Below are positions 9,890 to 19,342 of a DNA stretch of 64,000 nucleotides, in pieces. Position 1 is the stretch's first letter. Each line of letters starts with the position of its first letter. Both the position numbers and the translations under genes were made by a program. Origin of the DNA: Bacteroidota bacterium (lineage in GTDB: Bacteria > Bacteroidota > Bacteroidia > UKL13-3); NCBI GenBank assembly GCA_947492885.1, contig CANLPK010000002.1, forward strand, positions 9,111-73,110, given 5' to 3'. A model generated the notes under the pieces. That model was not told the origin of the DNA and searched no databases. It saw only the letters and a program-made list of their open reading frames with translations.

Positions 9890-11029
9890 TTAATTACGAC
9901 CTAAATTACGCAAGTGTGTAACATGGGAAGCAATTGCTTGGCGCATCTTTGGATAAACGATATATGGTACTCCAAATTCTTCACAGGTAGATCTGATAAT
10001 CTTGCTCAAAGCAGGATAGTGCACATGAGAGATTTTAGGGAATAAATGATGCTCTACTTGAAAGTTCAATCCTCCAACACACCATGAAATAAATTTACTA
10101 TCTGGAGCAAAATCGGCAGTGGTTTTTAATTGATGAATTGCCCACTCGTCTTCCATCTTTCCAGTCGAGGTATTGGGATCAGGAAAGCTGCAATGCTCCA
10201 CGGTATGTGCCAATTGAAACACGATGCTTAATACGAAACCAGCCAATAAGGTGATGGTTAAGAAACCTGTAAGCCACCATAGAAATCCAACAGTGTAAAT
10301 TGGCAATACGATGAAAAGAAACAAGTTTAAGGCTTTAAATCCCCAAAAGAAGAGGTGATCTACAAAATCAAGTTTCTTCAATGGCACCGCACCAATCATG
10401 CCAGTAAAATATTTTTTATAGTCGGTATAAAACACCCAGAACATATAAAGCAGGGTATATAAGAACCAGAAATAAATATGCTGAAAACGGTGGAATTTAT
10501 ATCTTTTTTGATGTTCGCTAAAACGCAATAATATGCCAGCATTAATATCATCATCAAAACCATCAATATTAGTATAAGTATGATGCACAATATTATGTTT
10601 CACATTCCACATAAAGCTACTTGCTCCTAATACATTGATGGTATAAGCTGCAATGCGATTAAGCCAGCGGTAATTGCTAAAACTGCCATGACTACCGTCG
10701 TGCATTACGTTAAAACCAATAAATGAGATAACGAATCCCAAAACAATGGCTTCCGCTAGTGCCAAATACCATACTGGGGTAAAAAATACTAAGTGGATAT
10801 AAAGTGCTATAAATGAAGTAACGAGAAGTCCTGCCTTAAAAAAAAGTTGGAAATTTCCGTGTGATGAGATGCCTTTATTCTTGAAGTATTCTTCGGCACG
10901 ATGCTTTAAAACTGAATGAAAAGATGGAGTTACGACCGGGAATTTTGGTAAATGCATAGGTGAAATAAAATAATCGACACGTTGGCTTTTGAACGTATCG
11001 CCGTCAAATATACGATTATAAACCCTCAA
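9890..11029 (-). CDS. Membrane fatty-acid (acyl-lipid) desaturase
   Basis: 379 aa. Three histidine boxes, HDGSHGS, HNIVHHTYTN and QVEHHLFP. Several hydrophobic transmembrane stretches. Confidence 0.8.
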   Translation of the reverse strand: MRVYNRIFDGDTFKSQRVDYFISPMHLPKFPVVTPSFHSVLKHRAEEYFKNKGISSHGNFQLFFKAGLLVTSFIALYIHLVFFTPVWYLALAEAIVLGFVISFIGFNVMHDGSHGSFSNYRWLNRIAAYTINVLGASSFMWNVKHNIVHHTYTNIDGFDDDINAGILLRFSEHQKRYKFHRFQHIYFWFLYTLLYMFWVFYTDYKKYFTGMIGAVPLKKLDFVDHLFFWGFKALNLFLFIVLPIYTVGFLWWLTGFLTITLLAGFVLSIVFQLAHTVEHCSFPDPNTSTGKMEDEWAIHQLKTTADFAPDSKFISWCVGGLNFQVEHHLFPKISHVHYPALSKIIRSTCEEFGVPYIVYPKMRQAIASHVTHLRNLGRN

Positions 11030-11068
11030 CTCCCAAGCGAAATACGTGAGAATCTAACTCAAAAGACA

Positions 11069-11100
11069 TAAAAAAAGCCTTCCCAAAATGGAAAGGCTTC
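11069..11100 (-). terminator. Rho-independent terminator downstream of secDF, read on the minus strand
   Basis: On the minus strand: AAGAAGCCTTTCC-attttg-GGAAGGCTTTTTTTAT. An 8-9-bp stem followed by a T-run. Confidence 0.45.
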
Positions 11101-11118
11101 TTCTTTAGATGGTTATAA

Positions 11119-14070
11119 TTATTTGATACCCTCGAAATCACTTCCTCCAAAATCAACCACAACCGGAGTAGCGATACATAATGAAGAGTAAGTTCCTACG
11201 ATAACACCAATTAATAAGGCGAATGAGAATCCTTTGATTGCTGGTCCTCCAAATACGAACAAGATCAAACATACGATGAAGATAGTACCTGCCGTTACAA
11301 TAGTACGACTTAAGGTAGCATTCAATGCGTAGTTGATAATCTTCACACGGTCTTTCTCTTTTTTGTTAAGGTTCAAGTATTCACGAATACGGTCAAATAC
11401 AACCACGGTATCATTCATTGAGAATACGAGTACAGTCAAGATCGCTGCAATAAAGTCTTGGTCGATATCCATTGAGAATGGTACAATACCATCCAAGATG
11501 GAGAAGAATGATAATAATAAGAATACGTCATGGAACAAGGCCACGGAAGCACCTACACCAAATTGCCATTTACGGAATCGGATAACGATATAGATGAACA
11601 TACCAATAATCGCAATGAAGATGGCTCGTAAAGCAGAGTATTTCGCATCGGATGCCATGGTTGCGCCAATCTTGCTACTACTTTCAATAGAGGCATCATT
11701 TACCTGATATCCAATACTTGTTAATCCATCCAACAAATGCTTACGTACATCAGCTTCAGTCGATTTAGGATCGTCAATTTTATAGGTAGTTGTAATTTTT
11801 AATTTCGAATCGCTTCCAAAAGTTTTTACTTGTGGAGTTAATTTATCAAAAGTAGCAGCCAATCCTGATGCAACATCAGAAGTATTTGCTGGCTTATCTA
11901 ATTTCACTACATAGCTCCATCCTCCCTTAAAGTCAACTCCTAATGAGAATCCTTTAGTGAACATCGAGATGACGCCTAATAAAATTACAATACCTGAAAT
12001 GATATAATAGATTTTACGTTTTCCTACCCAATCAAAGTTTGAACCTTTGAACAAATGCTCAGATAATGAAGTAGAGAATTTCACTTCTCTTCCTTTATCC
12101 AACCAGCGCTCAATTTGCAAACGAGTAATGAAGATCGCCGTAAATAGGGAAGTGATAATACCAATGATCAATACCACCGCGAAACCTTTGATTGGTCCTG
12201 TTCCTAAGAATACGAGTACAATACCTGCCAATAAACCAGTAACGTGGGAGTCGATAATCGCAGATAATGCATGCTTATAACCAGCGGATACCGATTGACG
12301 CATATTCTTACCATCACGCATTTCTTCTTTTACACGCTCATTAATCAATACGTTCGCATCTACCGCCACCGCTAAGGTAAGCACGATACCTGCAAATCCA
12401 GGAAGTGTTAAGGCCGAATGCAACGATGCCAATACCCCGAGGATAAAGAACAAGTTGATGATTACCGCGATATCAGACGATACCCCAGCAATATTATAGT
12501 ACAATACCATGAACACTATAATTGCTAAGAAAGCAACCAATAAGGTAAGTAGTCCCGAACGAATCGCTTCTTTACCCAATGATGGTCCAACAATTACCTC
12601 TTCAATGATTTTACATGGTGCAGGCAACTTACCAGTTTGTAAGATGTTTGCTAAATCTTGCGCTTCTTTTACAGTGAATCCTCCACTGATTTGTGAGTTA
12701 CCTCCAGCAATTTCTCCCGGTACATTAGGTGCTGAATAAACGGCTCCGTCCAATACAATCGCCAAACATTTGTTGGTATTTGCTTTGGTAATGGCAGCCC
12801 AATCCTGAGCTCCTTTTGGAGTCATTTGCATACTTACATCTGGTGAACCTGTTAATGGGTCGTAATCCTGACGAGCAGTAGCAACTGCCGATCCGTCCAT
12901 CACTGCACCACGAGTAATATCTTTAGCCTTCAATGCATATACATACATGAAACCATTATCGCTCTTAGGACTGTAAGCAAAACGAATGCCTTGGGTTGCT
13001 GGTAAGCTATTGATATATGACAATGCAATAGGGCTGCTGATATACGAGTTGAACTTGGAGGTATCTTTTACCATTACATATCCAATCATCGCACCTTTCA
13101 TATACCCTTTACGATCACGATCCAAAGCGGGTTGAAGAATTGCCATCAATGGATTTTCTTTAATCAACTTCGCATTTTTTGCTTCTTGTGATGAATCCTC
13201 CACTGAAGTACTATCAGGTACAGCCATTGCTGTTGCTGAAGTATCTCCTTTGGTTGTATCTGGTGCAATGGTAATTCCCATATCGGCTTTACCCAATCCT
13301 TTGCTAATGGTATCTAATAATTTGTAAACATCATCACCATTCAAATAAGTTTCCCAGAATTCTAATTTTGCAGTAGCTTGTAATAAACCACGTACACGCT
13401 CAGGATCATCGGCACCAGGCAATTCCACAAGAATACGTCCTTGGTTTTCTAATTTCTGAACAGTTGGCTGGGTTACTCCAAACTTGTCGATACGACTGCG
13501 GATAATTTCATAAGAACGGTCGATTGCACGAGCCGATTCTTCTCTTACCATAGCCAATACCTCATCATCACTGCTATTGAAGTTGATTGTTTTATTGGTT
13601 GGTGTGGCAAACAAAGCTGCCAACTTTTTATCTGGGCTTAATCTTTTATATTCATCATAAAAAATATCGATGAAACCTTTCTGACTGGTTACCGAAATTT
13701 TCTCTGCATTATCAACGGCAGCGTTGAAGTTAGGGTCAGGATTATTATTTGCCAAAGCTTTTACAAACTCTACCTGAGATACTTCTAAGGTTACGTTCAT
13801 ACCTCCTTGTAAGTCGAGACCCAGGGTAATGGCATTTTCCTTACACTCTTTGTAAGTAAATTTCGCTACCAGCAAATTGTAAACTTGCGTATTACCAATA
13901 GAGTCTTTGAAATAACGAACCTTGGCGGCATGTTCTTCTGGTGCAAATTTGCTAGCATAGGCTTCGGCTTTTTTGTCGTAGTTCCATACTATCGCGTTAA
14001 ACGATAACTGGTACAAACTGATCACTGCAAGCACTACAGCAAAAAATCTAATCAATCCTTTATTCTTCAT
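11119..14070 (-). CDS. secDF: Protein-export membrane protein SecDF (fused SecD-SecF)
   Basis: 983 aa. Large periplasmic domain followed by two six-helix transmembrane bundles. The fused form is typical of Bacteroidota. Confidence 0.9.
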   Translation of the reverse strand: MKNKGLIRFFAVVLAVISLYQLSFNAIVWNYDKKAEAYASKFAPEEHAAKVRYFKDSIGNTQVYNLLVAKFTYKECKENAITLGLDLQGGMNVTLEVSQVEFVKALANNNPDPNFNAAVDNAEKISVTSQKGFIDIFYDEYKRLSPDKKLAALFATPTNKTINFNSSDDEVLAMVREESARAIDRSYEIIRSRIDKFGVTQPTVQKLENQGRILVELPGADDPERVRGLLQATAKLEFWETYLNGDDVYKLLDTISKGLGKADMGITIAPDTTKGDTSATAMAVPDSTSVEDSSQEAKNAKLIKENPLMAILQPALDRDRKGYMKGAMIGYVMVKDTSKFNSYISSPIALSYINSLPATQGIRFAYSPKSDNGFMYVYALKAKDITRGAVMDGSAVATARQDYDPLTGSPDVSMQMTPKGAQDWAAITKANTNKCLAIVLDGAVYSAPNVPGEIAGGNSQISGGFTVKEAQDLANILQTGKLPAPCKIIEEVIVGPSLGKEAIRSGLLTLLVAFLAIIVFMVLYYNIAGVSSDIAVIINLFFILGVLASLHSALTLPGFAGIVLTLAVAVDANVLINERVKEEMRDGKNMRQSVSAGYKHALSAIIDSHVTGLLAGIVLVFLGTGPIKGFAVVLIIGIITSLFTAIFITRLQIERWLDKGREVKFSTSLSEHLFKGSNFDWVGKRKIYYIISGIVILLGVISMFTKGFSLGVDFKGGWSYVVKLDKPANTSDVASGLAATFDKLTPQVKTFGSDSKLKITTTYKIDDPKSTEADVRKHLLDGLTSIGYQVNDASIESSSKIGATMASDAKYSALRAIFIAIIGMFIYIVIRFRKWQFGVGASVALFHDVFLLLSFFSILDGIVPFSMDIDQDFIAAILTVLVFSMNDTVVVFDRIREYLNLNKKEKDRVKIINYALNATLSRTIVTAGTIFIVCLILFVFGGPAIKGFSFALLIGVIVGTYSSLCIATPVVVDFGGSDFEGIK

Positions 14071-14276
14071 TGCTACTTTTTAAATGTATAAAATTATTAA
14101 TAAAATGAGTCCTTTTTAAGGAACGTGGGTTTTATCCCAAGCTAAAAAAAACGAGGTGCAAAGATATAAAAGAGAGCCATATAAAAAAGCGGGAATCAAA
14201 ACGAGCCTTTAAGTTGCCTCAAAGGCAATGAAAAAAGGGCTTTTGGCCTCAAAAAAGAGGACAAAACAATAATAAT

Positions 14277-14798
14277 TTAGTAATTTACAGGAATTGGACC
14301 TGTACTTATAATATTGCTTTGATGCAAAGCCCTGTCAACCAAATAAATTTTCAATTGGATGCTATCGGGTACAATGATGCCCACAATGGGCTCAATCTTC
14401 AAAGTGATAGTGCCATTAATGGCTTTGTTTCTCGTCTCTGGTTGAATATTGCTAATACGGTCGTTATAATTTACGGTATCCGTTCCATTGATGATATATG
14501 AATAAACTCCCGCCTTGCCCGCCTGGTACTCGGCAAATACATTATAATAATATCGCTCTCCCAATCGAAATGGTGATGCTGTATCGCTTAATTCCAATCC
14601 AATATCTCCATCCCCGTCTTCAAAACTAAATTGCAAATAAAGTAGGGAGTCGGCATTGAAATTTTGATAACTTATTTTTGAATATCCCAAATATTGTATG
14701 GATGGAGTAGCACTTATCAATGCCTGCTTGCGACAGTGGCTGAAAAGTAACATCCCCAATAAAACAGGGATTAAAAAAATAAAATATTTTCGAATCAT
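14277..14798 (-). CDS. Hypothetical lipoprotein
   Basis: 173 aa. Signal MIRKYFIFLIPVLLGMLLFSHC. Confidence 0.45.
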   Translation of the reverse strand: MIRKYFIFLIPVLLGMLLFSHCRKQALISATPSIQYLGYSKISYQNFNADSLLYLQFSFEDGDGDIGLELSDTASPFRLGERYYYNVFAEYQAGKAGVYSYIINGTDTVNYNDRISNIQPETRNKAINGTITLKIEPIVGIIVPDSIQLKIYLVDRALHQSNIISTGPIPVNY

Positions 14799-14849
14799 TT
14801 TCTTTTCACGAATATAATAAAATTATTTTTGCAAGCCTATATTTAAAAT

Positions 14850-16517
14850 ATGACTACTCAATCACGTGCCCCCATTCATGCGCCTCATGGCAATAAACTT
14901 ACCTGCAAAGGCTGGATTCAAGAAGCTGCTATGCGTATGCTGATGAATAACCTCGACCCGGAAGTGGCCGAGCGCCCCGAAGATTTAATTGTTTATGGTG
15001 GACTTGGAAAAGCAGCACGCAACTGGGAAAGCTACGACCTCATCATCAAAGCGCTGCGTGATTTGGAAAATGATGAAAGCCTCCTCATCCAAAGTGGGAA
15101 GCCGGTAGCCATCCTAAAAACGAATCCCGATACCCCACGTGTTTTATTAGCCAATAGTAACCTGGTGGGCAAATGGGCCAACTGGGAACATTTTCGCGAA
15201 CTTGATAAAAAAGGATTGATGATGTACGGTCAGATGACGGCCGGAAGCTGGATATATATTGGATCACAGGGGATAGTGCAAGGTACCTATGAAACTTTCG
15301 CCGAAGCAGGAAGAAAGCATTTCAATGGCTCACTCAAAGGTACGCTTACAGTGACTGCCGGATTGGGAGGCATGGGTGGCGCTCAGCCTTTAGCGGTAAC
15401 CCTCAATGAAGGCGTATGTTTGGTAGCCGAAGTAGAAGAATGGCGTATCAAGAAACGTATTGAAACACGCTACCTCGATATGATGAGCCGCGATATCGAC
15501 GATGCCATCGACAAAGCAGTGAAAGCGAAGGAGAAGGGAATCGCAGTATCCATCGGTGTTTGGTGCGATGCCATCAGTTTATTGGAACGATTGAAAGCAC
15601 GTAATGTGGTACCCGATTTACTTACCGACCAAACCTCGGCACACGATCCGCTCATTGGCTATTACCCTCACGGATTGAATACGGAAGTGGCCGATGCCAT
15701 GCGCAGAAGCAATCCAGATGAGTATTTGAAGAGAAGCTTTGCGAGTATCGTACAACATGTGAACCTGATGCTTGAGTTCCAAAAAATGGGAAGCATCACT
15801 TTCGATTACGGAAATAATATACGTGCCATGGCATTTGAACATGGCGTGAATAATGCCTTCGACTTCCCTGGATTTGTGCCCGCATTTATTCGCCCACAAT
15901 TTTGTGAAGGCCGTGGTCCGTTCCGCTGGGTAGCCCTCAGTGGTGATCCACAAGATATTTATACCACCGACGAAATGCTGAAGGAACTGTTTCCAGAAAA
16001 TGAAGGCTTACAACGTTGGCTGCGTATGGCAAAAGACAAGATTGCGTTTCAGGGATTACCAGCTCGTATCTGTTGGCTCGGACAAGGGGAGCGTGAGAAA
16101 GCCGGACTGGCATTCAATGAGCTGGTGCGCACAGGAAAAGTGAAAGCACCGATTGTTATTGGTCGCGACCACCTCGATACCGGATCGGTAGCAAGCCCGA
16201 ACCGCGAAACAGAATCGATGATGGATGGTAGCGATGCCGTTGCCGATTGGCCTATCCTCAATGCCTTCGTAAATATTGCTGGAGGTGCTAGCTGGGTATC
16301 ATTGCATCAAGGTGGTGGCGTAGGGATGGGATACAGCATTCACAGTGGCATGGTTATCGTAGCCGATGGAACCCCAGAGGCCGAAGCACGCTTGAAACGT
16401 GTATTGCGCAACGACCCTGGAATGGGTGTCATTCGCCATGCCGATGCTGGTTATGATATTGCCATCGATACACTTCGTAAAAATGGATTGGGAATCAAAG
16501 ATCGTTTAGAAAAATAA
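14850..16517 (+). CDS. hutU: Urocanate hydratase (urocanase)
   Basis: 555 aa. N-terminus ...[53 protein letters not shown]. The [15 protein letters not shown]-binding segment matches HutU end to end. Confidence 0.9.
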   Translation: MTTQSRAPIHAPHGNKLTCKGWIQEAAMRMLMNNLDPEVAERPEDLIVYGGLGKAARNWESYDLIIKALRDLENDESLLIQSGKPVAILKTNPDTPRVLLANSNLVGKWANWEHFRELDKKGLMMYGQMTAGSWIYIGSQGIVQGTYETFAEAGRKHFNGSLKGTLTVTAGLGGMGGAQPLAVTLNEGVCLVAEVEEWRIKKRIETRYLDMMSRDIDDAIDKAVKAKEKGIAVSIGVWCDAISLLERLKARNVVPDLLTDQTSAHDPLIGYYPHGLNTEVADAMRRSNPDEYLKRSFASIVQHVNLMLEFQKMGSITFDYGNNIRAMAFEHGVNNAFDFPGFVPAFIRPQFCEGRGPFRWVALSGDPQDIYTTDEMLKELFPENEGLQRWLRMAKDKIAFQGLPARICWLGQGEREKAGLAFNELVRTGKVKAPIVIGRDHLDTGSVASPNRETESMMDGSDAVADWPILNAFVNIAGGASWVSLHQGGGVGMGYSIHSGMVIVADGTPEAEARLKRVLRNDPGMGVIRHADAGYDIAIDTLRKNGLGIKDRLEK

Positions 16518-16537
16518 TTAACTAATTTCACTACCAC

Positions 16538-17122
16538 ATGATCGCACATCTTGAAGGAAAATTTACGACCATCACGCCTACCTACGTGGTGCTCGATGTG
16601 AATGGGGTAGGGTATGAGGTACATATTTCCTTATACACACATCTGAAAATTAAAGACCTGAAGCAAGGCCGACTGCTCACCTATTTAAATATTAGAGAAG
16701 ATGCGCATGTGCTCTTCGGTTTTTTCGATGAGCTCGAACGCAATTTATTCAAACACCTCATTTCGGTGAATGGCGTAGGTCCCAATACGGGGCGTATGAT
16801 TCTCTCTTCACTTACGCCAAGCGAAATACAACTGGCCATTTCGGTGGGCAATATCGGAGCACTCACTGCCATTAAAGGCGTAGGTCCCAAATCGGCACAG
16901 CGCCTCATTTTGGAGCTGCAGGATAAACTCAAGCGCGAAACCATCATCAATGAATCTTCGGGTGCAGGCATGGGAAGCGTGGTACGCACAGAAGCCATGG
17001 GTGCCCTTACCATGCTCGGTTTCAGCAAAGCCCCTGCCGAGCGTGAGGTAGATAAGCAGCTGCGATTGAATCCTACACTGACTGTGGAAGAATTGATTAA
17101 ATTAGCCCTCAAAAATTTATAA
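16538..17122 (+). CDS. ruvA: Holliday-junction DNA helicase subunit RuvA
   Basis: 194 aa. MIAHLEGKF... at the N-terminus and two helix-hairpin-helix segments (GVGPNTGRMIL, GVGPKSAQRLI). Confidence 0.9.
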   Translation: MIAHLEGKFTTITPTYVVLDVNGVGYEVHISLYTHLKIKDLKQGRLLTYLNIREDAHVLFGFFDELERNLFKHLISVNGVGPNTGRMILSSLTPSEIQLAISVGNIGALTAIKGVGPKSAQRLILELQDKLKRETIINESSGAGMGSVVRTEAMGALTMLGFSKAPAEREVDKQLRLNPTLTVEELIKLALKNL

Positions 17123-17808
17123 TGTACGAAGCCATCATACTTGCCGGCGGATTGGGTACTCGACTACGAAGTGTGGTGAGTGCGGTGCCCAAGGTCATGG
17201 CCCCCGTGGCTGGAAAACCTTTCCTGCACTATATCATCACCAAGCTCATCGATGCGAAGGTTTCGCGCGTGGTATTGTCGGTAGGCTACAAACATGAAAT
17301 CATAGAAGAGTTTATAGCACAATCAAACTACGATGCAGCGTTTGTATTTGTGGTGGAAGCCGAGCCATTGGGCACCGGTGGCGGTATTCAGTTGGCGTTG
17401 AAAGCATGCCATCAGTTCGATGTGTTTATCATCAATGGCGATTCGTATTTTGATTGCCCTCTTGATTTGTTGATGCAAGAACATTTGCTCAACAAGGCCG
17501 ATATTTCTTTAGCACTCAAGCCCATGCTAAACTTCGAAAGGTATGGAACGGTGGAAGTGGAAGACAATCGAATCATACAATTTAATGAGAAGCGTTTTTG
17601 TGCCGAAGGCCTCATCAATGCCGGAGTTTACGCCGCCCAACGCAATTGCCTCGAGTCATTGAATTTACCTCAAGCTTTTTCTATGGAGAAAGAAGTATTC
17701 GAAGCACATACTACCGATTTAAAAATCATGGGCTTCCCCTTCGATAACTATTTCATCGATATCGGCATCCCCGAAGATTTTGAAAAAGCACAAGTGGATT
17801 TTGCTTGA
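17122..17808 (+). CDS. Sugar-phosphate nucleotidyltransferase (MurU/HddC/RmlA-like single-domain NTP transferase)
   Basis: 228 aa. ILAGGLGTRLRSVVSAVPK, the G-x-G-T-R-L nucleotide-binding loop. Its ATG overlaps the ruvA stop by 1 nt (TAATG). Confidence 0.7.
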   Translation: MYEAIILAGGLGTRLRSVVSAVPKVMAPVAGKPFLHYIITKLIDAKVSRVVLSVGYKHEIIEEFIAQSNYDAAFVFVVEAEPLGTGGGIQLALKACHQFDVFIINGDSYFDCPLDLLMQEHLLNKADISLALKPMLNFERYGTVEVEDNRIIQFNEKRFCAEGLINAGVYAAQRNCLESLNLPQAFSMEKEVFEAHTTDLKIMGFPFDNYFIDIGIPEDFEKAQVDFA

Positions 17809-17858
17809 GGGGCTTGATTTCTTGGATATAATTATCTTGTAAATTATAACATTTTCAA

Positions 17859-19164
17859 TTAATCTTTTCCTTTCACAAATTTAAGCGTAGTACCCCCAAC
17901 TCTAATAAAATAAAGCCCTTCAGCGAGGGGATTAATATTTATTGTTGTTTCCTTTTCTTCCAAATTTCCTTGTTGAACCAATGTTCCCAATAGATTATAG
18001 ATTTGGTAATTCGAATGAACTGGCAACGAATAATTCGATACAATAATTTGAGCAATAGCTGGGTTGGGAAATATGGTAAATGAGTTGTAAACTCTTTCAT
18101 GGTTTTTAATTCCTGTATTTTGAATGTAACATGGTGTGCCACCTCCATTCTTCATTCGCCAGATGCCAGGTTGAGAATTTGGAGTGTCAATCGTTAGAAT
18201 TAATCCTCTTGAAGCATCAAAAAAATTCATATTATGTATTCTGGCATGGAAAGTTGTGAGGCATAGTTTATTGCCCTTTTCGCTCACTTGGTAAAGGTTC
18301 CCTTTTATATTTGACGAAAATGGAATTGAATTAATATAGGCTGTATTACTATCCGCTTTAATGATATTACCGATATTTTCATTTAAAACACTTTTCCAAC
18401 TTGAACCAAAATCAGTGCTTATATACACGCCATTAATTGAGAGGTCATTGTTTGAATAATTAATAATCCAAAAACTATCATTTATTACAACAAGGTTTTT
18501 TAATAGACTTTGATTATTTAGTGGTGTTTTTGAATAGTCAATATTTTGTAACAATTGGAATCCTTTTCCACCATTTGACGAAATTGCATAATAAAATTTT
18601 AGAGGTGTTGTAGCGATTGATGCTACTAACATTATTCCTTTTCCATTATTAATACTTAGAAAACTAAAACCTGTGTCAACAAACTCAATAGAATCCCAAG
18701 CATTATTTTTATTACTAAACAAATACTTCCTATTGTTAGAGGTGTTTGCCTCAACATAATATTCTATATTCTTGCCTTTGTCAATATTTATCAAGCTGGC
18801 ATTCTTTCCATTTGGCAATAACTTCTGAGTCCATGTTTTTCCATTATCTTGAGATTGGGAATAATTCAAAACCTGAGGGCTACATTCGTTATTCTGTAAA
18901 TTATAAATTTGTTTATCTATAAAGTACACCTTGTTTAATTTGCGATTTGGGCATTGTTGAGGAGCTAAACTAGTTAAAGTGTCAATAGTACTAAAAGAAA
19001 TACTTCTGAAGTAATTATTATCATTAATGTCGTAGGAGAAATAGACATTTGTGTCAGGGAAATTTCCATTCGTATAATTGAAAAAAGGCTCTGTGACAAA
19101 GGTTATCTGAGCTTTAATATCAAAAAAAAATAGCTAGAATTAATAGGAAAATAAAATTTCGCAT
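17859..19164 (-). pseudogene. BNR/Asp-box-repeat secreted protein with a T9SS type-A C-terminal sorting domain. The signal-peptide exon is cut off from the body by a frameshift in an A9 tract
   Basis: The body ORF is 17859-19133 (GTG-initiated in the supplied track) and has no signal peptide. It contains Asp-box motifs SQDNGKTW and STDFGSSW and a CTD tail ...GLYFIRVGGTTLKFVKGKD. 30 nt upstream in another frame is ATG-MRNFIFLLILAIFF-TGA, a signal-peptide h-region. It ends inside the A9 run at 19122-19130. Removing one A gives MRNFIFLLILAIFFDIKAQITF..., which is continuous with the body. Confidence 0.6.
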
Positions 19165-19342
19165 TTTTACCATTGATTTAAATTGTTCTGAATAGTGTTC
19201 TTGAAATTCATCTTCTATCTTTTACATCTTAAAAAACAACCAAAAGTAAATAATATTTACATAAGTATGAGTTGTGATTTGCTTTCAACTTTTATCTTTG
19301 ACAAAACCAACCAACCATAAATTTTTCTATATTGCAACCTCC

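Noticed and set aside
16681-17112. 143-aa ORF antisense to ruvA
   Set aside because: Embedded in ruvA on the opposite strand in a locally GC-richer region. No motifs. Shadow ORF.
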